Assembly (NCBI GenBank): GCA_965214405.1
Contig: OZ243956.1
Location: 1,472,001 to 1,536,000 of the forward strand
Source: Trueperaceae bacterium
Lineage (GTDB): Bacteria > Deinococcota > Deinococci > Deinococcales > Trueperaceae
Direction of reading: 5' to 3'
Length of the DNA: 64,000 nucleotides
Part shown: one piece after another, positions 18,964 through 31,463 of the stretch
Numbering within the stretch: the first letter of the stretch is position 1
Layout of the letters: each line of letters begins with the position of its first letter
Notes under the pieces: model-generated
The model's input: only the letters and a program-made list of their open reading frames with translations
Database searches by the model: none
What the model was told of the DNA's origin: nothing
Translations under genes and position numbers: made by a program

Positions 18964-19617
18964 GTGACCGGGCTCGAGGAGGTGTCGCCGGGTGTCTTGT
19001 CTCTTCTGGGGCGCGTGCTGACGCTCCGGGAGGAACCCTTCGCGTGGGTGATGCGTGAACCCACCGGGCTCCGGCTGGCGCTCGCGGTGGTGGTGGTGGC
19101 CGGACTCTCCGAGGCTTTGGGGCAGAGTGTGGTGCTGTTCGCCAACCGCGTTAAACCGCGGCGCTTTGTCGCCTCGCTATTTTTGTCCGCCGGACTCTAC
19201 ACCGCGGGTTTCGTGCTCTGGGCGCTCTCCGTGTGGCTGGTCGGCGCTTATGTGTTTGATAGTCAGCAAAGTTTACGCACCGTCACCAAGGCCATCGGCC
19301 TCGCGTATACGCCCTACTTATTTTCTTTTTTCGTCCTCACGCCCTTCTTCGGCGACGGCGTCGCGGTGGCGCTTTCGCTGTGGAGCCTCCTGGCGGTGCT
19401 CGTGGCGGTGCAGGTGACGCTCGCCTTGACGCTTCCCCAGGCGCTCCTTTGCGGCGCGCTGGGCTGGGTGCTCTTGCAACTGGTGCGCCGCACCGTGGGT
19501 CGCCCCGTCATTTGGGGCGTGCTCTGGCTGCGGGGGCGCATCGCGGGGGTGCCGCTCATTACCGGGCGCGAGGCGTTGCAAGAACTCTTGCGTGAACACG
19601 ACGAAACGAGGGGCTAG
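18964..19617 (+). CDS. Yip1-like multi-pass membrane protein
   Basis: About five hydrophobic segments; SEALGQSVVLFANRV and GLAYTP; translationally coupled to the next gene. Confidence 0.7.
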   Translation: MTGLEEVSPGVLSLLGRVLTLREEPFAWVMREPTGLRLALAVVVVAGLSEALGQSVVLFANRVKPRRFVASLFLSAGLYTAGFVLWALSVWLVGAYVFDSQQSLRTVTKAIGLAYTPYLFSFFVLTPFFGDGVAVALSLWSLLAVLVAVQVTLALTLPQALLCGALGWVLLQLVRRTVGRPVIWGVLWLRGRIAGVPLITGREALQELLREHDETRG

Positions 19618-20597
19618 TGCCGCTGGGTGACGTTCTAACATTCGTGTTGGTCGTGCTGCTCGGGTTTTTCTTGGCGGGTGTGCTCTCGCCCTTGGAGGCG
19701 CTCGGCTGGTGGGCGGGCTGGTACAAAGGCGACCTAGACGCCCCCCAAGAAGGTTTGAAAGACGCCGCGGAGGATGCGGACGCCTACGTCATCTTCCTGT
19801 CGGGTATCCACAGCGTCTCGGGCGAGGCTTACGCGCCGCGCGAGGTTGCGTTTCTCGAGCGCCTGGAAGCGCGTTTGCCCAGGGTCGTCGTCGAGGACGT
19901 GTTTCCCTACTCGGTTCTCAACCGCGCGCTCACGGGCCAGCGCGTGTTCTCGTGGCTCTGGCGTTGGAACCTAAACCGCAAGCTGCACGGCCCCGGCCTG
20001 GCGGGTTTTATGATCAACGTGCGTAACCTCTGGCAGGTGGCCGTAAGCGCGGACAGGCGCTACGGTCCCATTTACAACCAGGGCACCACCGAGATCCTTT
20101 TAGCGGGCCTGGTGCATCATGGCTACAGGGTCGGCAGCGGCGTGCCGGTCACGCTGATTGGCTACAGCGGCGGCGGGCAGATCGCGGTCGGGGCGAGTCC
20201 CTACCTCAAAGAAGCCCTTGGCGGCGCGCCCATCAGCGTGATTACTTTAGGCGGCGTGATAAGCGCCGACCCCGGCATACTCTCGCTGGACGGCCTCTAC
20301 TATCTCTACGGAAGCCGCGACGGCGTCCAGCGCATCGGCGCACTCCTGTCGGCGCGCCGCTGGCCCTTCGTCCCCTTTTCGCCCTGGAGCCGCGCCAAAG
20401 AGGCGGGCATCATCCGCCTCATCAAAACGGGCGCGCAAACGCACACGGGGCCGGGTTCGTACTTAGACGCCGAGGACTTTTTACCCGACGGGCGGAGCCA
20501 GTTGGACGCGACGTTGGACGTCGTCACGGACGTGGTGCGCGGCAGCCTTCGCAATCGGCGAAACATGAAAACGCCCGCACATATCCATCAAGCCTGA
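19617..20597 (+). CDS. Membrane-anchored alpha/beta-hydrolase-fold protein
   Basis: N-terminal TM segment, SPLEALGWWAGW, nucleophile elbow GYSGG, late His (THTGPGSY). Confidence 0.7.
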   Translation: MPLGDVLTFVLVVLLGFFLAGVLSPLEALGWWAGWYKGDLDAPQEGLKDAAEDADAYVIFLSGIHSVSGEAYAPREVAFLERLEARLPRVVVEDVFPYSVLNRALTGQRVFSWLWRWNLNRKLHGPGLAGFMINVRNLWQVAVSADRRYGPIYNQGTTEILLAGLVHHGYRVGSGVPVTLIGYSGGGQIAVGASPYLKEALGGAPISVITLGGVISADPGILSLDGLYYLYGSRDGVQRIGALLSARRWPFVPFSPWSRAKEAGIIRLIKTGAQTHTGPGSYLDAEDFLPDGRSQLDATLDVVTDVVRGSLRNRRNMKTPAHIHQA

Positions 20598-20817
20598 ACA
20601 TTGAAGGCGTCCCAAATTTTATGAGCAAGTGCCTTCGCGCCGGTGACGAAGCCCGTTCAGAGTCACACACTTTACTTGTTACACCGCCGAACGTTTAGAG
20701 TAGGAGCACCCAGGTTTGAGCGCGTATAGTTTTGACACCACCGTCGCTAGGCAGCGGACTGCACAACCAGGACGGGGTTTAGGTGATGGTATTTTTACCC
20801 TCGCTCAACCCACAAGC

Positions 20818-21978
20818 TCACGCCCAACGCGCCTCCGTCCACTTCCGCTCGCTCTGAGCGCTCTGAACGGTTTTCTCGATAAAGTAAACGCCCCTGGCCC
20901 CGTCGTAAACGGTCGGGAAGTCGGCCTCGAGCCCACTCGGTTCCCGCCCCTCTTGCTTGACTTGGATGGTGGCAGCGACGTTTTTATAAACGTTGGCGAA
21001 CGCCTCAATAAACGCTTCTGGATGCCCCGCCGGAAGCCGACTCGCCCGCTGCGCCGCCTCGCAAAGATAGGGCTGACCGCGCGTGAGAATTTGCGCGGGT
21101 CCCTCGAGCGGTTTGTAAACGAGACGGTTGGGCTCCTCCTGCCGCCAGGAAAGACCGCCCTCGGAACCGTAAACCCGCAGGCGCAGGTCATTCTCCTCCC
21201 CCACTTCAATCTGTGAGGCGATAAGCACACCCTTGGCCCCGCCCTCGTAACGGAGCAGCAGATTGCCGTCATCGTCCAAGCGCCGCCCCTTGACAAAGGT
21301 GGTGAGGTCGGCGCAAATCGCCTCGATGTCCAGACCCGTCACGGTGGAGACCAGGTTTTCAGCGTGCGAGCCGATGTCGCCAATCGCGCCCGCCGCGCCC
21401 GAACGCGCGGGGTCGGTGCGCCAGTCAGCTTGTTTGGCACCGGTCTCCTCGAGCTTCGTCGCCAGCCAGCCCTGGTTATATTCGACAATCACCTTGCGAA
21501 GCTCACCCAGCCGCCCTTGCTTGACCAGGTGCCGCGCCTCTTTGACCATCGGATAACCCGTGTAGTTGTATGTGACCGCAAAAACGACACCCGTTTTTTC
21601 AACCACCTCGATAAGTTTGTTTGCCTGCTCAGAGGTGTGAACCATCGGCTTGTCCGACACCACGTTAAAGCCCGCCTCGGCGAACGCGTGCGCGACGGGG
21701 AAGTGCATGTGGTTGGGCGTCACGACGGAAACGAAGTCGATGCGCTCGCCTTCGGGCAGGGAGGATTCGCGCTCCAACATCTCCTCCCAAGTGCCGTAGT
21801 TGCGTGCGTCGGCGAGACCCAAATCTCGGCCCGAAGCCTTGGCCTTTTCCGGTGTCGAGGAGAGCGCCCCCGCGACGAAATCTATCTCACCATCCAAGGC
21901 GGCAGCGTGGCGGTGGACCGCGCCGATAAAGGCGTCACGCCCGCCGCCGACCATGCCCATTTTGAGTTTCTGCTTCAT
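20818..21978 (-). CDS. Gfo/Idh/MocA-family oxidoreductase
   Basis: [31 protein letters not shown]; start set at ATG 21978 behind TAAGGAG. Confidence 0.92.
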   Translation of the reverse strand: MKQKLKMGMVGGGRDAFIGAVHRHAAALDGEIDFVAGALSSTPEKAKASGRDLGLADARNYGTWEEMLERESSLPEGERIDFVSVVTPNHMHFPVAHAFAEAGFNVVSDKPMVHTSEQANKLIEVVEKTGVVFAVTYNYTGYPMVKEARHLVKQGRLGELRKVIVEYNQGWLATKLEETGAKQADWRTDPARSGAAGAIGDIGSHAENLVSTVTGLDIEAICADLTTFVKGRRLDDDGNLLLRYEGGAKGVLIASQIEVGEENDLRLRVYGSEGGLSWRQEEPNRLVYKPLEGPAQILTRGQPYLCEAAQRASRLPAGHPEAFIEAFANVYKNVAATIQVKQEGREPSGLEADFPTVYDGARGVYFIEKTVQSAQSERKWTEARWA

Positions 21979-22516
21979 ACGCACTCCTTATCTGATTGTT
22001 TACACACTCTAGGAATATATCAGCAAGAGGTTCATACTGCTCGAGGAAAGTCGCAAATCTTTTATCAACTTCTTCGACCGTACTGTACACACCGTTCTGA
22101 GCCAAAATGTAAGAACTATGAAAGTTGTCCACTGCCACAGCATCTTCGTTAGGGTCAAGCAACATCTCTTCTGAAGCTGGAAGCGTTGAGTATAGGCGAT
22201 AAGCAACAGACGAACCTGACATGTTCCCATTCTTCAGTACCGTTGCGTAGAGACCTAACAAAACTTTGAACGCTTGCGCTATATACGCTTCTCCTGAAAG
22301 TTTTTTAAGCAGATGAGCAAGGTCTTGTTCGTTAAGCGTTCTACCCAGAGAAATATCAATGATAGCTTGTTCAGGATTGTCTTCTCGAGCAACTACGCCA
22401 TCAGCCCACGCAATTACTTCATTTTTGGTGAAGTAGCCGCTGATGAGACCTAAACGGTAGACCTCTGCTTGACACCTCCAATCTGTCAGGTCGAGTTGTG
22501 GCAACTGCTCTTTCAC
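21935..22516 (-). CDS. Hypothetical AT-rich protein (possible orphan immunity-type protein)
   Basis: 193-aa ORF, visibly lower GC than its flanks; [10 protein letters not shown]...IIDISL helical motif. Confidence 0.6.
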   Translation of the reverse strand: MKEQLPQLDLTDWRCQAEVYRLGLISGYFTKNEVIAWADGVVAREDNPEQAIIDISLGRTLNEQDLAHLLKKLSGEAYIAQAFKVLLGLYATVLKNGNMSGSSVAYRLYSTLPASEEMLLDPNEDAVAVDNFHSSYILAQNGVYSTVEEVDKRFATFLEQYEPLADIFLECVNNQIRSAYEAETQNGHGRRRA

Positions 22517-22547
22517 TATCGACCAGAGCGCCTGTCATGACTCATTA

Positions 22548-23099
22548 CTAGAGCTGCGTTTTGTGATAAGCCATTTCGAAAGTTATGGTTGTGTCGATAC
22601 AAGGAATCGCCACTTCGTCTTCCGAGGTGTAAACGTGCTCCTCCCATCCGTTCTGCCCGCGGCGGAAGCCTGTTATGGCGCGCTTGCGGCTGTCAATAAG
22701 TAGGTAGAATTGTAGACTCTCCAGCTCGAGATAAGCAAAGCGCTTCTCTAAGTAGTCGTTGCGCCAGGTGGTCTTACTCGCTACTTCGACAACCACACAG
22801 GGCGCCGTTTCGTAATAGTCGTCGGCGGGCAGCGCACAAACGATCATGACATCCGGATAGTAGAAGAGCGCGTCGCCAACACGTACTTTCATATCGCTGG
22901 CATAGACGCGGCAGTCGCCAGCGGCGGCGGCGTTGCCGAACGCGCGCGAGACGTTGCCCGTGATCAAGTTGTGCGTCACGCTCGCCCCCGCCATTGCGAA
23001 GACTTCGCCGTAAACGTACTCGTGGCGCAGCCCGGCGTCCCTTTCGCCCGCGAGATAGTCCGCGACGCTGATCTTGGTTACGGGTCGCGAGAAGGCCAT
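22548..23099 (-). CDS. Uma2/DUF820-family endonuclease-fold protein
   Basis: RHEYVYGEVFAMAGAS..HNLI, YYPDVMI, VVEVAS motifs. Confidence 0.9.
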   Translation of the reverse strand: MAFSRPVTKISVADYLAGERDAGLRHEYVYGEVFAMAGASVTHNLITGNVSRAFGNAAAAGDCRVYASDMKVRVGDALFYYPDVMIVCALPADDYYETAPCVVVEVASKTTWRNDYLEKRFAYLELESLQFYLLIDSRKRAITGFRRGQNGWEEHVYTSEDEVAIPCIDTTITFEMAYHKTQL

Positions 23100-23108
23100 A
23101 ATATCAGC

Positions 23109-24110
<1,002 letters not shown>

Positions 24111-24259
24111 AGTGTCCTCCCCTTGTAAGCCGGACGGAAAACGGGTCAAGCCGCCTCACCTTCCGACCGGTTGAATGAGCCTATTTAACCACGTTGCTCG
24201 GAGGCGCGGCGAACTGCCCCTCATAAATCAGAATTTACGTCTGCCCAAAGAGCAAACAG

Positions 24260-24294
24260 TGAGCCGTTAGCAGCTACTCACCACTAACGGCTCA
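24260..24294 (-). promoter_or_regulatory. Stem-loop downstream of the solute-binding protein gene
   Basis: TGAGCCGTTAG-N13-CTAACGGCTCA. Confidence 0.5.
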
Positions 24295-24346
24295 TCCCTT
24301 TCATTTACCGTTGCTCGGCCTAACGCCTAGCCTTAGCTCATCCCGT

Positions 24347-25312
24347 TTAGTAAAGCGAGTCGGGAAAGTAATACTGCTCCGCGTTCTCCGGCGTGATGAG
24401 GGGCGCGTCGAGGATGTATTCGCCCAGAATCGGCGTTTCGCTGGCGTAGCGCAGCGCGGTCACTTCCATCGCGGTGCCGATCATCGCGGGCGGGTAGAGC
24501 ACGTCCACGGGCACGAGCGGGTCGTTGTCCAGCACGCGCTTGATGATTTCCTTTTTGCCCGCGCCGCCGACGATGAAGAGTTCGTCCTCACGCCCGGCCT
24601 GCATGATGGCCTCGATGGCGCCTTCCGCCACGTCGTCGTCTTGCGCCCAGACCCCGTCGATGTCGGGGAAGCGCGCCAGAAAGTCCTGCATGATTTCAAA
24701 GCCCTTGTCGCGGTTCCAGTCGGCGTAGGCGCTATCCAACACGTTGATGCCGCTGCCTTGAATAGCCGCCATAAACGCGTCGAAGCGCTCCGTGTCGATA
24801 ACGACGGGCAGCCCGCGCAAAATCACGATGTTGGCGTCTTGACCGCCCAAGCGCTCGGCGAAGTATTCGCCCGAAACGCGGCCCAAAGCGGGATTGTTGC
24901 CCGCCACGTACACGTCGGCGATGTCGTCACGGGCTAAGCCCCGGTCCACCACGGTCACGAACACGCCCTGGTTTTTGAGGTTGGCGACGGGGTCGGTGAG
25001 CGGGTCGGACTCGTAGGGGAGGATGACGAGCGCGTCGATCTGGTTGATGGCGACCAAGTCTTCTAGGTCGCTCGCCTGCTCAGAAGGATTGGCGGCGGTG
25101 GCGATGATGATGTCTAGGTTCGGGTAGGTGGCCTCGAGCCGCTCTTCGGTCTGCGCGGCCCAGTAGTTGATGCCGCCCGTCCAGCCGTGGTCGGCGGTGG
25201 GGATGGACACGCCGATGGTGATGGTTTCGTCACTTTGGGCGCTACTGGTTGAAAGGGCAATGAAAAAGGCAGTCAAAAGGATGGCGAGAAGAATGGTTGT
25301 ACGTCGTTTCAT
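24347..25312 (-). CDS. Sugar ABC transporter substrate-binding protein (RbsB-like)
   Basis: Signal peptide MKRRTTILL..., IGVSIPTADHGW, VTVVDR, WAQDDD; start moved to 25312. Confidence 0.88.
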   Translation of the reverse strand: MKRRTTILLAILLTAFFIALSTSSAQSDETITIGVSIPTADHGWTGGINYWAAQTEERLEATYPNLDIIIATAANPSEQASDLEDLVAINQIDALVILPYESDPLTDPVANLKNQGVFVTVVDRGLARDDIADVYVAGNNPALGRVSGEYFAERLGGQDANIVILRGLPVVIDTERFDAFMAAIQGSGINVLDSAYADWNRDKGFEIMQDFLARFPDIDGVWAQDDDVAEGAIEAIMQAGREDELFIVGGAGKKEIIKRVLDNDPLVPVDVLYPPAMIGTAMEVTALRYASETPILGEYILDAPLITPENAEQYYFPDSLY

Positions 25313-25451
25313 AAAGTTCCTTTCTTTTTGTAAGTTTCCGTAAATATTATACATGAATTGCGTTCCGGCTTCTGGAGGCTCGGCACTTTGCGCTACATCA
25401 TCTCTCACAAGAACTTTCACGGGAAATTTCATAGCGGCTCTCGCACCGTCC

Positions 25452-26474
25452 TCAGCGCCTGCCGCGCTGCAAGAGCACGGCCACGATGATGATGAGGCCC
25501 TGAACCGCGCCGTTGAGGTATTCGCTAATCACGTCGGTCAAGTTGAGCACATTGCCGATGGTGCTAAGTAAGATTGCGCCGACCACCGTGCCCCAGACCT
25601 GACCCGAACCGCCTTTGAGCGCGGTGCCGCCGATAATCACCGCGGCGATGGCCTCGAGCTCCCACAACACCCCCGTCGCCGCCGAGGCCGAACCCAGGCG
25701 CGGCACGTAGATAATCGTCGCCAGCGAGACGCAAATCCCTTGCAAGACGTAGGTGAGCGTCTTAATCCTATCTACCGGGATGGCCGAATAACGCGCCACG
25801 CTCTCGTTCGAGCCGATGGCGGAGCAGTAGCGCCCGAACGGGGTCAGGCGCAAGAGGAGCGCGCCCACAAGCGCGACCGCGGCAAAAACGAGCACGGGGT
25901 AGGGAATCCCCAAAAGCGAGCCGTAGTAAACGGGGCGGTAAACGCCCCTCACATCGAAGTCGAGCGACAGGGTGCCGCCGTTGGCAATGTAGGTGACCAG
26001 CGAGCGAAAAATCCCCAGCGTCCCCAGCGTCACGATAAAGGCTTCAATCTTGCCCCTCGTAATCGCCAGACCGTTGATAAGCCCCGCCACCAGGCCGAGC
26101 ACAAGCGACACGCCGACGCCCAACAGAACCGTCGTCCAGCCCGCGCCGAGGTTGGAGACCGCCGCGTTCATCACGACAATCATCACCCCCGCGATAAAGG
26201 CCGCCATCGAGCCCACCGACAGGTCGATGCCGCCCGCGATAATCACGAAGGTCGCGCCGATGGCGATGATGCCGATAAACGACGAGCGCGTGAGCACGTT
26301 GAAGATGTTCGTGGGCGACAAGAAGGCAGGGCTGAGGAGCGCGCCCACGACGACGAGCGCCAGAAGCGCCAGAAGCGGTCCCAGAGTCAACAAGTCAAAG
26401 CGGGGACCACCCGCCCTTGTCTTTGCCCTGTCTTTTGCAGCGTCCGGCGGAACCCGGCCCTCAGGTGACCGCAT
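25452..26474 (-). CDS. Sugar ABC transporter permease (RbsC-like)
   Basis: GGIDLSVGS and [14 protein letters not shown] motifs. Confidence 0.92.
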   Translation of the reverse strand: MRSPEGRVPPDAAKDRAKTRAGGPRFDLLTLGPLLALLALVVVGALLSPAFLSPTNIFNVLTRSSFIGIIAIGATFVIIAGGIDLSVGSMAAFIAGVMIVVMNAAVSNLGAGWTTVLLGVGVSLVLGLVAGLINGLAITRGKIEAFIVTLGTLGIFRSLVTYIANGGTLSLDFDVRGVYRPVYYGSLLGIPYPVLVFAAVALVGALLLRLTPFGRYCSAIGSNESVARYSAIPVDRIKTLTYVLQGICVSLATIIYVPRLGSASAATGVLWELEAIAAVIIGGTALKGGSGQVWGTVVGAILLSTIGNVLNLTDVISEYLNGAVQGLIIIVAVLLQRGRR

Positions 26475-28047
26475 CGCCCACGCCTTTTAAGCCCGTTGCA
26501 TAACGCACAATTTCGTCCTCATTAATGTCTCGCCCCTCCAAAATACCACCCACGCGCCCGGAACGCATCACCACCACCCGGTGACAGAGGCCGATGAGTT
26601 CGGGCAGCTCCGAGGAGATGACGATACACGACTTGCCGCTCTTGGTCAAAGTCTGGATAAAGAGGTAGATTTGCCGCTTCGTGCCCACGTCGATGCCGCG
26701 GGTGGGTTCGTCCAAGATGATGATGTCGGGGTCAACGTCCATGATTTTGGCGAGCACGAGCTTTTGCTGGTTGCCGCCCGAGAGGGTGTCGGCTCGAGCC
26801 TCCAAACGCGGCACCCGGATGTCGAACTCGTCCACCGCACCCTCCAAGGCCGCCGTCTCCTGCTTGGTGTCAATGAACGGACGCGCGTACTTGCGGAGCG
26901 CCAGAAGCGTCACATTGGGCCGCAACCGCATACTGGTGATGAGCCCCTTGCCCTTGCGGTCCTCGCTCAAGTAAGCGATACCCAGCGCGGTGGCGTCACG
27001 TAAATTCTTGATATCCACCGGCTCCCCGTTGCGCGTGACTGTGCCGCTGCTCCGAGGTCTGAGACCCAAAAGACCCTCGAAAAGTTCGGTGCGCCCTGCC
27101 CCCACGAGCCCGGCAAAACCCAGAATCTCCCCCCGACGAAGCTCGAACGACGCGTTCTCGACGTGCCCGGGTACGGTGACGTTTTTGGCGCTAAACACGA
27201 CCTCCTCAGCCGCCTCGTCCGTCAAGGGCCGCTTCGGGGGGTACATGTCGCTCAGTTCGCGCCCGACCATGAGGCTCGCCATCTCGTCTTGGGAGAGTTC
27301 GCTCGAGGGCTTAGTGGTGATGAGGTGGCCGTCGCGCAAGACCGTCACCCGGTCGGCGACCGCGCTCACCTCGCCGAGCTTGTGCGAGATATACACGACG
27401 GTGACGCCGTTCTTTTGCAAACGCCGGATGAGGTCGAACAGCACCTCCGTCTCGCGCCCGGTGAGCACGTCGGTGGGCTCGTCCATGATGAGGAGGCGCA
27501 CGCTTCTCGAGACCGCCTTGGCAATCTCGACCATTTGCTTTTGCGACACGCTTAAGTCTCGCACGCGGGCGCGGGGGTCGACGGGCGTGCGGAGTTCTTC
27601 TAGGACCTCTCGAGCCTCCGCCACCATCGCGCGGCGGTCCAAAAAGAGCCCGCGGCGCTTCTCGCGGCCCAAAAAGATGTTCTCCTCCACCGTGAGGTCG
27701 TCGGCCAAATTGAATTCTTGATGGATAAGCACCACGCCGAGTGATTCGGCCTCGCTTGAGTTCCGAAAATGAACGGGCTTGCCAAAAAGCCGCAACTCGC
27801 CCTCGCTCGGGAGAAGGTAGCCCGACAAGATTTTCATCAGGGTGCTCTTGCCCGCGCCGTTTTCACCGATGAGCGCGTGAACCTCGCCCGCTTGGAGAGA
27901 AAAGGAAACGTCGTGAAGCACCCGGACGGGGCCGAAGTCTTTGCTCAAGTTTTTGGTCTCGAGGATGGGAGGCTCGAGTGTTGAGGGCTCGAGCCCTAAA
28001 GTTTCAGATACCGGCGTCTCAAATCCTTTAGGCACGCGCCGCCTCAC
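26461..28047 (-). CDS. Sugar ABC transporter ATP-binding protein, two ABC domains (RbsA-like); start uncertain
   Basis: [33 protein letters not shown]. Confidence 0.92.
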   Translation of the reverse strand: MRRRVPKGFETPVSETLGLEPSTLEPPILETKNLSKDFGPVRVLHDVSFSLQAGEVHALIGENGAGKSTLMKILSGYLLPSEGELRLFGKPVHFRNSSEAESLGVVLIHQEFNLADDLTVEENIFLGREKRRGLFLDRRAMVAEAREVLEELRTPVDPRARVRDLSVSQKQMVEIAKAVSRSVRLLIMDEPTDVLTGRETEVLFDLIRRLQKNGVTVVYISHKLGEVSAVADRVTVLRDGHLITTKPSSELSQDEMASLMVGRELSDMYPPKRPLTDEAAEEVVFSAKNVTVPGHVENASFELRRGEILGFAGLVGAGRTELFEGLLGLRPRSSGTVTRNGEPVDIKNLRDATALGIAYLSEDRKGKGLITSMRLRPNVTLLALRKYARPFIDTKQETAALEGAVDEFDIRVPRLEARADTLSGGNQQKLVLAKIMDVDPDIIILDEPTRGIDVGTKRQIYLFIQTLTKSGKSCIVISSELPELIGLCHRVVVMRSGRVGGILEGRDINEDEIVRYATGLKGVGDAVT

Positions 28048-28795
28048 TCTGCCCAGCCTGCCCCCCCAAAATAATCATCCCCAGCACCTCGTCTTTGGAT
28101 ACATCTTTCGTTTGCACCGTCTTCACCAAGCGCCCGTTGTGAAGCACGGTGATGCGGTCGCAGAGGTCGAACACGTCGTGGATGTCGTGGCTGATAAGAA
28201 AAATCCCGATGTTCTCCCGTTTGAGTTGCCCCACAAGCTCGCCCACCTTCTGCGTTTCCTGCGGCCCCAGCGCCGCAGTGGGCTCGTCCATCACCAGGAT
28301 TTTGGCGTTGAAGTAGACCGCGCGGCCGATGGCGATGGCCTGCCGCTGCCCGCCCGAGAGGTTGCGGACGTTCTCGCGCAGGGACTTTATCTTGAGGTCC
28401 AAACGGTCCAAGATTTTGCGCGTCTCGGCCTCCATCCTGTCGTCATCTAAAGTGCCCACGGGCGTGGTGAGTTCGCGGCCGAGGAAGATATTGGCGGGCG
28501 CGGGCAGGTTGTCGGCCAAGGCGAGCGCCTGATAAATCGTCTCGATGCCGTGACTCTTGGCGTCGCGTGGGCTGCGAATCGTCGCCCGTTGCCCGTTGAC
28601 TAGAATCTCGCCCGCGTCGGCGGCGTAGGCACCCGAAAGAATCTTAATCAGCGTTGATTTGCCCGCACCGTTGTGCCCGACGATGCCCATGACCTCGCCC
28701 GGTTGCAGGTCCACGCTCACGTCTTCTAACGCATGAACGCCGCCAAAATGTTTGGAGATGCCGCGCATCTCGACTAAAGGGGTTTTGGGTTCCAC
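28028..28795 (-). CDS. Sugar ABC transporter ATP-binding protein, single domain (xylose system)
   Basis: [25 protein letters not shown]. Confidence 0.9.
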   Translation of the reverse strand: MEPKTPLVEMRGISKHFGGVHALEDVSVDLQPGEVMGIVGHNGAGKSTLIKILSGAYAADAGEILVNGQRATIRSPRDAKSHGIETIYQALALADNLPAPANIFLGRELTTPVGTLDDDRMEAETRKILDRLDLKIKSLRENVRNLSGGQRQAIAIGRAVYFNAKILVMDEPTAALGPQETQKVGELVGQLKRENIGIFLISHDIHDVFDLCDRITVLHNGRLVKTVQTKDVSKDEVLGMIILGGQAGQSEAARA

Positions 28796-28807
28796 TTAGG
28801 GCCTCCC

Positions 28808-30046
28808 CTACTCCGCGCCGCTACGCCGACGGTACATCACGTCAATCCAGACCGCGATGATGAGAACCAAGCCAATAATCACCTGCTGCAACGCGCTCGT
28901 AAAGCCAATCAAGACCATCCCGCTTTGCAAACTCTGCATAATGACCGCGCCCAAAATGGCCCCGATAATCGTGCCCACGCCCCCCGCGAGCGAGGTGCCG
29001 CCGATGACCGCGGCGGCAATCACATAAAGCTCGACCAGCGTGCCCGTCGAGTTGACGCCCGAGTTGAGGCGCGCGGTCTGCACCGCCCCGGCGAGCGCGC
29101 TTAAGCTCCCGATAAGGATGAACACCCACAGCAGCATCCGCCGCGTGTCAATCCCCGCGAGCTGCGCCGCTTCGGGGGAGCCGCCCATCGCAAATACGTA
29201 GCGCCCGAACTTGGTGAGGCGCGTCAAGGCCGTCATCAACACAGCGACGCCGATGAGAATGAGGACCGGTATGGGGATGCCTCGAGCGATGTCCGTGCGG
29301 GGCAGCGTGTAGGCGTTCATCACCAGCACAAAGGCGATGACGAGCGCGACGGACGCGCCCAGCACGAGCGCTTCGGCCCAGAGGGGACGAACCGGAAAGC
29401 CGAGCCTGGCGCGTTTGGCCCTCGAGCCCAGCGATATAGCGATAATTCCAGCAATCGCCACCCCCCCCACCACCCAGCTCCAAAAACCACCAATCGAGCC
29501 GTTCAAGCCGCCGCCCAGGAGTTGAAAGGTGTCGTCCAGAGGTGCGACCGTCCGCCCCTGCGTCATGAGCCAGGCCCCGCCGCGAAACATCAGCAGCCCC
29601 GCCAGCGTCACGATAAAGGCGGGCACGCCGCGGTAGGCAATCCAGAAGCCCTGAAACGCCCCAATCGCGCCGCCCAAAAGGAGACCCAGCAGGAGCGTGA
29701 GGAGCCAACTAAGAGGCGCGTCCGCAAGAAAGGTCTCGGCTTGCAGCACCGCCATGACCATACCGGTAAAGCCCAAGACCGAGCCCACCGACAGGTCAAT
29801 CTGCCGCATGACGATAACCAGCACCATCCCCGTGGCGATAATCCCGACGACGCTCGTCTGCACCGCCAAGTTCCAGAGGTTACGCGCGGATAAAAAGGTG
29901 CCGCCGGTCAAGATGTTAAAGCCCAGCCAAATCAAGATGAGCGCGCCCACCATGCCCAAGAGGCGCGTGTCCACCTCGAGCTTTTTGAAAAAGCCTCCAA
30001 CCCCGCCCGCCGGGGTCCGCGTCTGTTCCGCCTGCCGCGTCGCCAT
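28808..30046 (-). CDS. xylH: Xylose-type ABC transporter permease
   Basis: IDLSVGS, ELYVIAAAVIGGTSLAGG; follows xylF; start moved to ATG 30046. Confidence 0.82.
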   Translation of the reverse strand: MATRQAEQTRTPAGGVGGFFKKLEVDTRLLGMVGALILIWLGFNILTGGTFLSARNLWNLAVQTSVVGIIATGMVLVIVMRQIDLSVGSVLGFTGMVMAVLQAETFLADAPLSWLLTLLLGLLLGGAIGAFQGFWIAYRGVPAFIVTLAGLLMFRGGAWLMTQGRTVAPLDDTFQLLGGGLNGSIGGFWSWVVGGVAIAGIIAISLGSRAKRARLGFPVRPLWAEALVLGASVALVIAFVLVMNAYTLPRTDIARGIPIPVLILIGVAVLMTALTRLTKFGRYVFAMGGSPEAAQLAGIDTRRMLLWVFILIGSLSALAGAVQTARLNSGVNSTGTLVELYVIAAAVIGGTSLAGGVGTIIGAILGAVIMQSLQSGMVLIGFTSALQQVIIGLVLIIAVWIDVMYRRRSGAE

Positions 30047-30090
30047 GTGCGCCTTTCTTCGTCTAAACTGTCTCAAAATATCGTAAAAAG

Positions 30091-30119
30091 CGTGCCGCCC
30101 GCAAGGCGCAGGCGGCACG
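30091..30119 (-). promoter_or_regulatory. Stem-loop between xylF and xylH
   Basis: CGTGCCGCC-N11-GGCGGCACG. Confidence 0.5.
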
Positions 30120-30152
30120 TTCAGCTACGTTATAAACTGCCTACCAACCCAC

Positions 30153-31181
30153 CTACTGACAGGCTGCGGGCGCGTCCGCCGCGTCCACACCCGCGCAGAG
30201 TTCTTCTTGCGAAATCCAACCCGCGTCCACCACGACGTTCAGGTTGTCTTGGGTGATGGGCACGGGCTCGAGCAAAATCGCGTCCATCTCGACGCCTTGG
30301 GGGCCGCTGTTCCAGGTGGTGACGCCCTCGAGGGCGCTTGCATCCTCACCCTGCGCGAGCGCCACGGCGACTTCTGCGGCTTTCGCACCCAAAGCGCGGG
30401 CATCTTTCCACACATCCACCGTCTGCGTGCCTAATGCGACGCGGTTTAGGGCGGCGAAGTCGCCATCCTGACCCGACACGGGCACCTCGCCCGCCATGCC
30501 CTGCGCCGAGAGGGCCGCGACCACGCCGCCCGCGGTGCCGTCGTTAGACGCAACCACGGCGTCTACCTCGTTGTCGTTCGCGGTCAGGATTTGCTCCATG
30601 TTGCGCTGCGCGTTTTCGGGCAGCCAGCCATCGGTGTACTGGTCGCCCACCACGGTGATGGCACCCGAGTCGATGGCGGGTTGCAGGACCTCGAGCTGCC
30701 CCCCGTGCAAAAAGTCCGCGTTGGGGTCCGCGGGCGAGCCCTTGATAAACACGTAGTTGCCCTCGGGCTGCGCCTCTAAAATGGCCCGCGCCTGCATCCG
30801 GCCCACCTCGACGTTGTCAAACGTGAGGTAGAACGCGCCGGGCGACTCAATCAGCCGGTCGTAGGCCACCACCGGGATGCCCTCGGCTTCGGCGCGCGCG
30901 ATGGCGGGCAGGATGGCCTCGTTGTCCTGGGCCAAGACGATGAGCACGTCCGCGCCGCGCGTGATTAGGCTCTCGATGTCCGAAAGCTGCTTCTCGACCG
31001 AACTCTGCGCGTCGGCGGAGATGTATTCGGCGCCGAGTTCCTCGAGCTTGGCTTGCATGGCCGCCTCGTCCGTTTTCCAGCGTTCTTCTTGAAAGTTCGA
31101 CCACGACACGCCGACGGTGACGTCCTGGGCAAAGGCGAGGGTGGCGAGTAGGGCGAAAACGAGCAGCAAAACTTTTTTCAT
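30153..31181 (-). CDS. xylF: D-xylose-type ABC substrate-binding protein
   Basis: [43 protein letters not shown]. Confidence 0.85.
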   Translation of the reverse strand: MKKVLLLVFALLATLAFAQDVTVGVSWSNFQEERWKTDEAAMQAKLEELGAEYISADAQSSVEKQLSDIESLITRGADVLIVLAQDNEAILPAIARAEAEGIPVVAYDRLIESPGAFYLTFDNVEVGRMQARAILEAQPEGNYVFIKGSPADPNADFLHGGQLEVLQPAIDSGAITVVGDQYTDGWLPENAQRNMEQILTANDNEVDAVVASNDGTAGGVVAALSAQGMAGEVPVSGQDGDFAALNRVALGTQTVDVWKDARALGAKAAEVAVALAQGEDASALEGVTTWNSGPQGVEMDAILLEPVPITQDNLNVVVDAGWISQEELCAGVDAADAPAACQ

Positions 31182-31463
31182 GAGTATCCTCCAGGGGAAC
31201 AGGCACAGGTTACGACGGAGTCTTGATTGAGTACATCTGGTGTTCTAGCAAGCTGGACGAGGTTTGTGCAGGGTCGCCTCCTTTGGGCGTTCACGCGTGA
31301 GGCGCGCGGCTGCCTAAGCCCGGCGGCTCGAGACCCTACAGAGGGTGTATACTGCGAACGCTTTTTACTCAAATGTTAGTCTAATCACTCTACTTTAGCG
31401 GGTGCCAAACGTCAAGGGAGCGTGATGTGGGTGCGCTCGAGGAGTTCCATTAGGAGGCGGTCT

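Noticed and set aside
20716..21296. 166-aa plus-strand and 163-aa minus-strand ORFs
   Set aside because: Overlap the well-supported Gfo/Idh/MocA gene; no recognisable features.
22548..23099. Uma2 gene as a restriction/defence system
   Set aside because: Solitary DUF820 genes are common, and no methylase or other defence partner is adjacent.
31360..31400. ROK/XylR-type operator upstream of xylF
   Set aside because: Only a half-site-like GTTAGT; no convincing palindrome and no regulator gene in the window.
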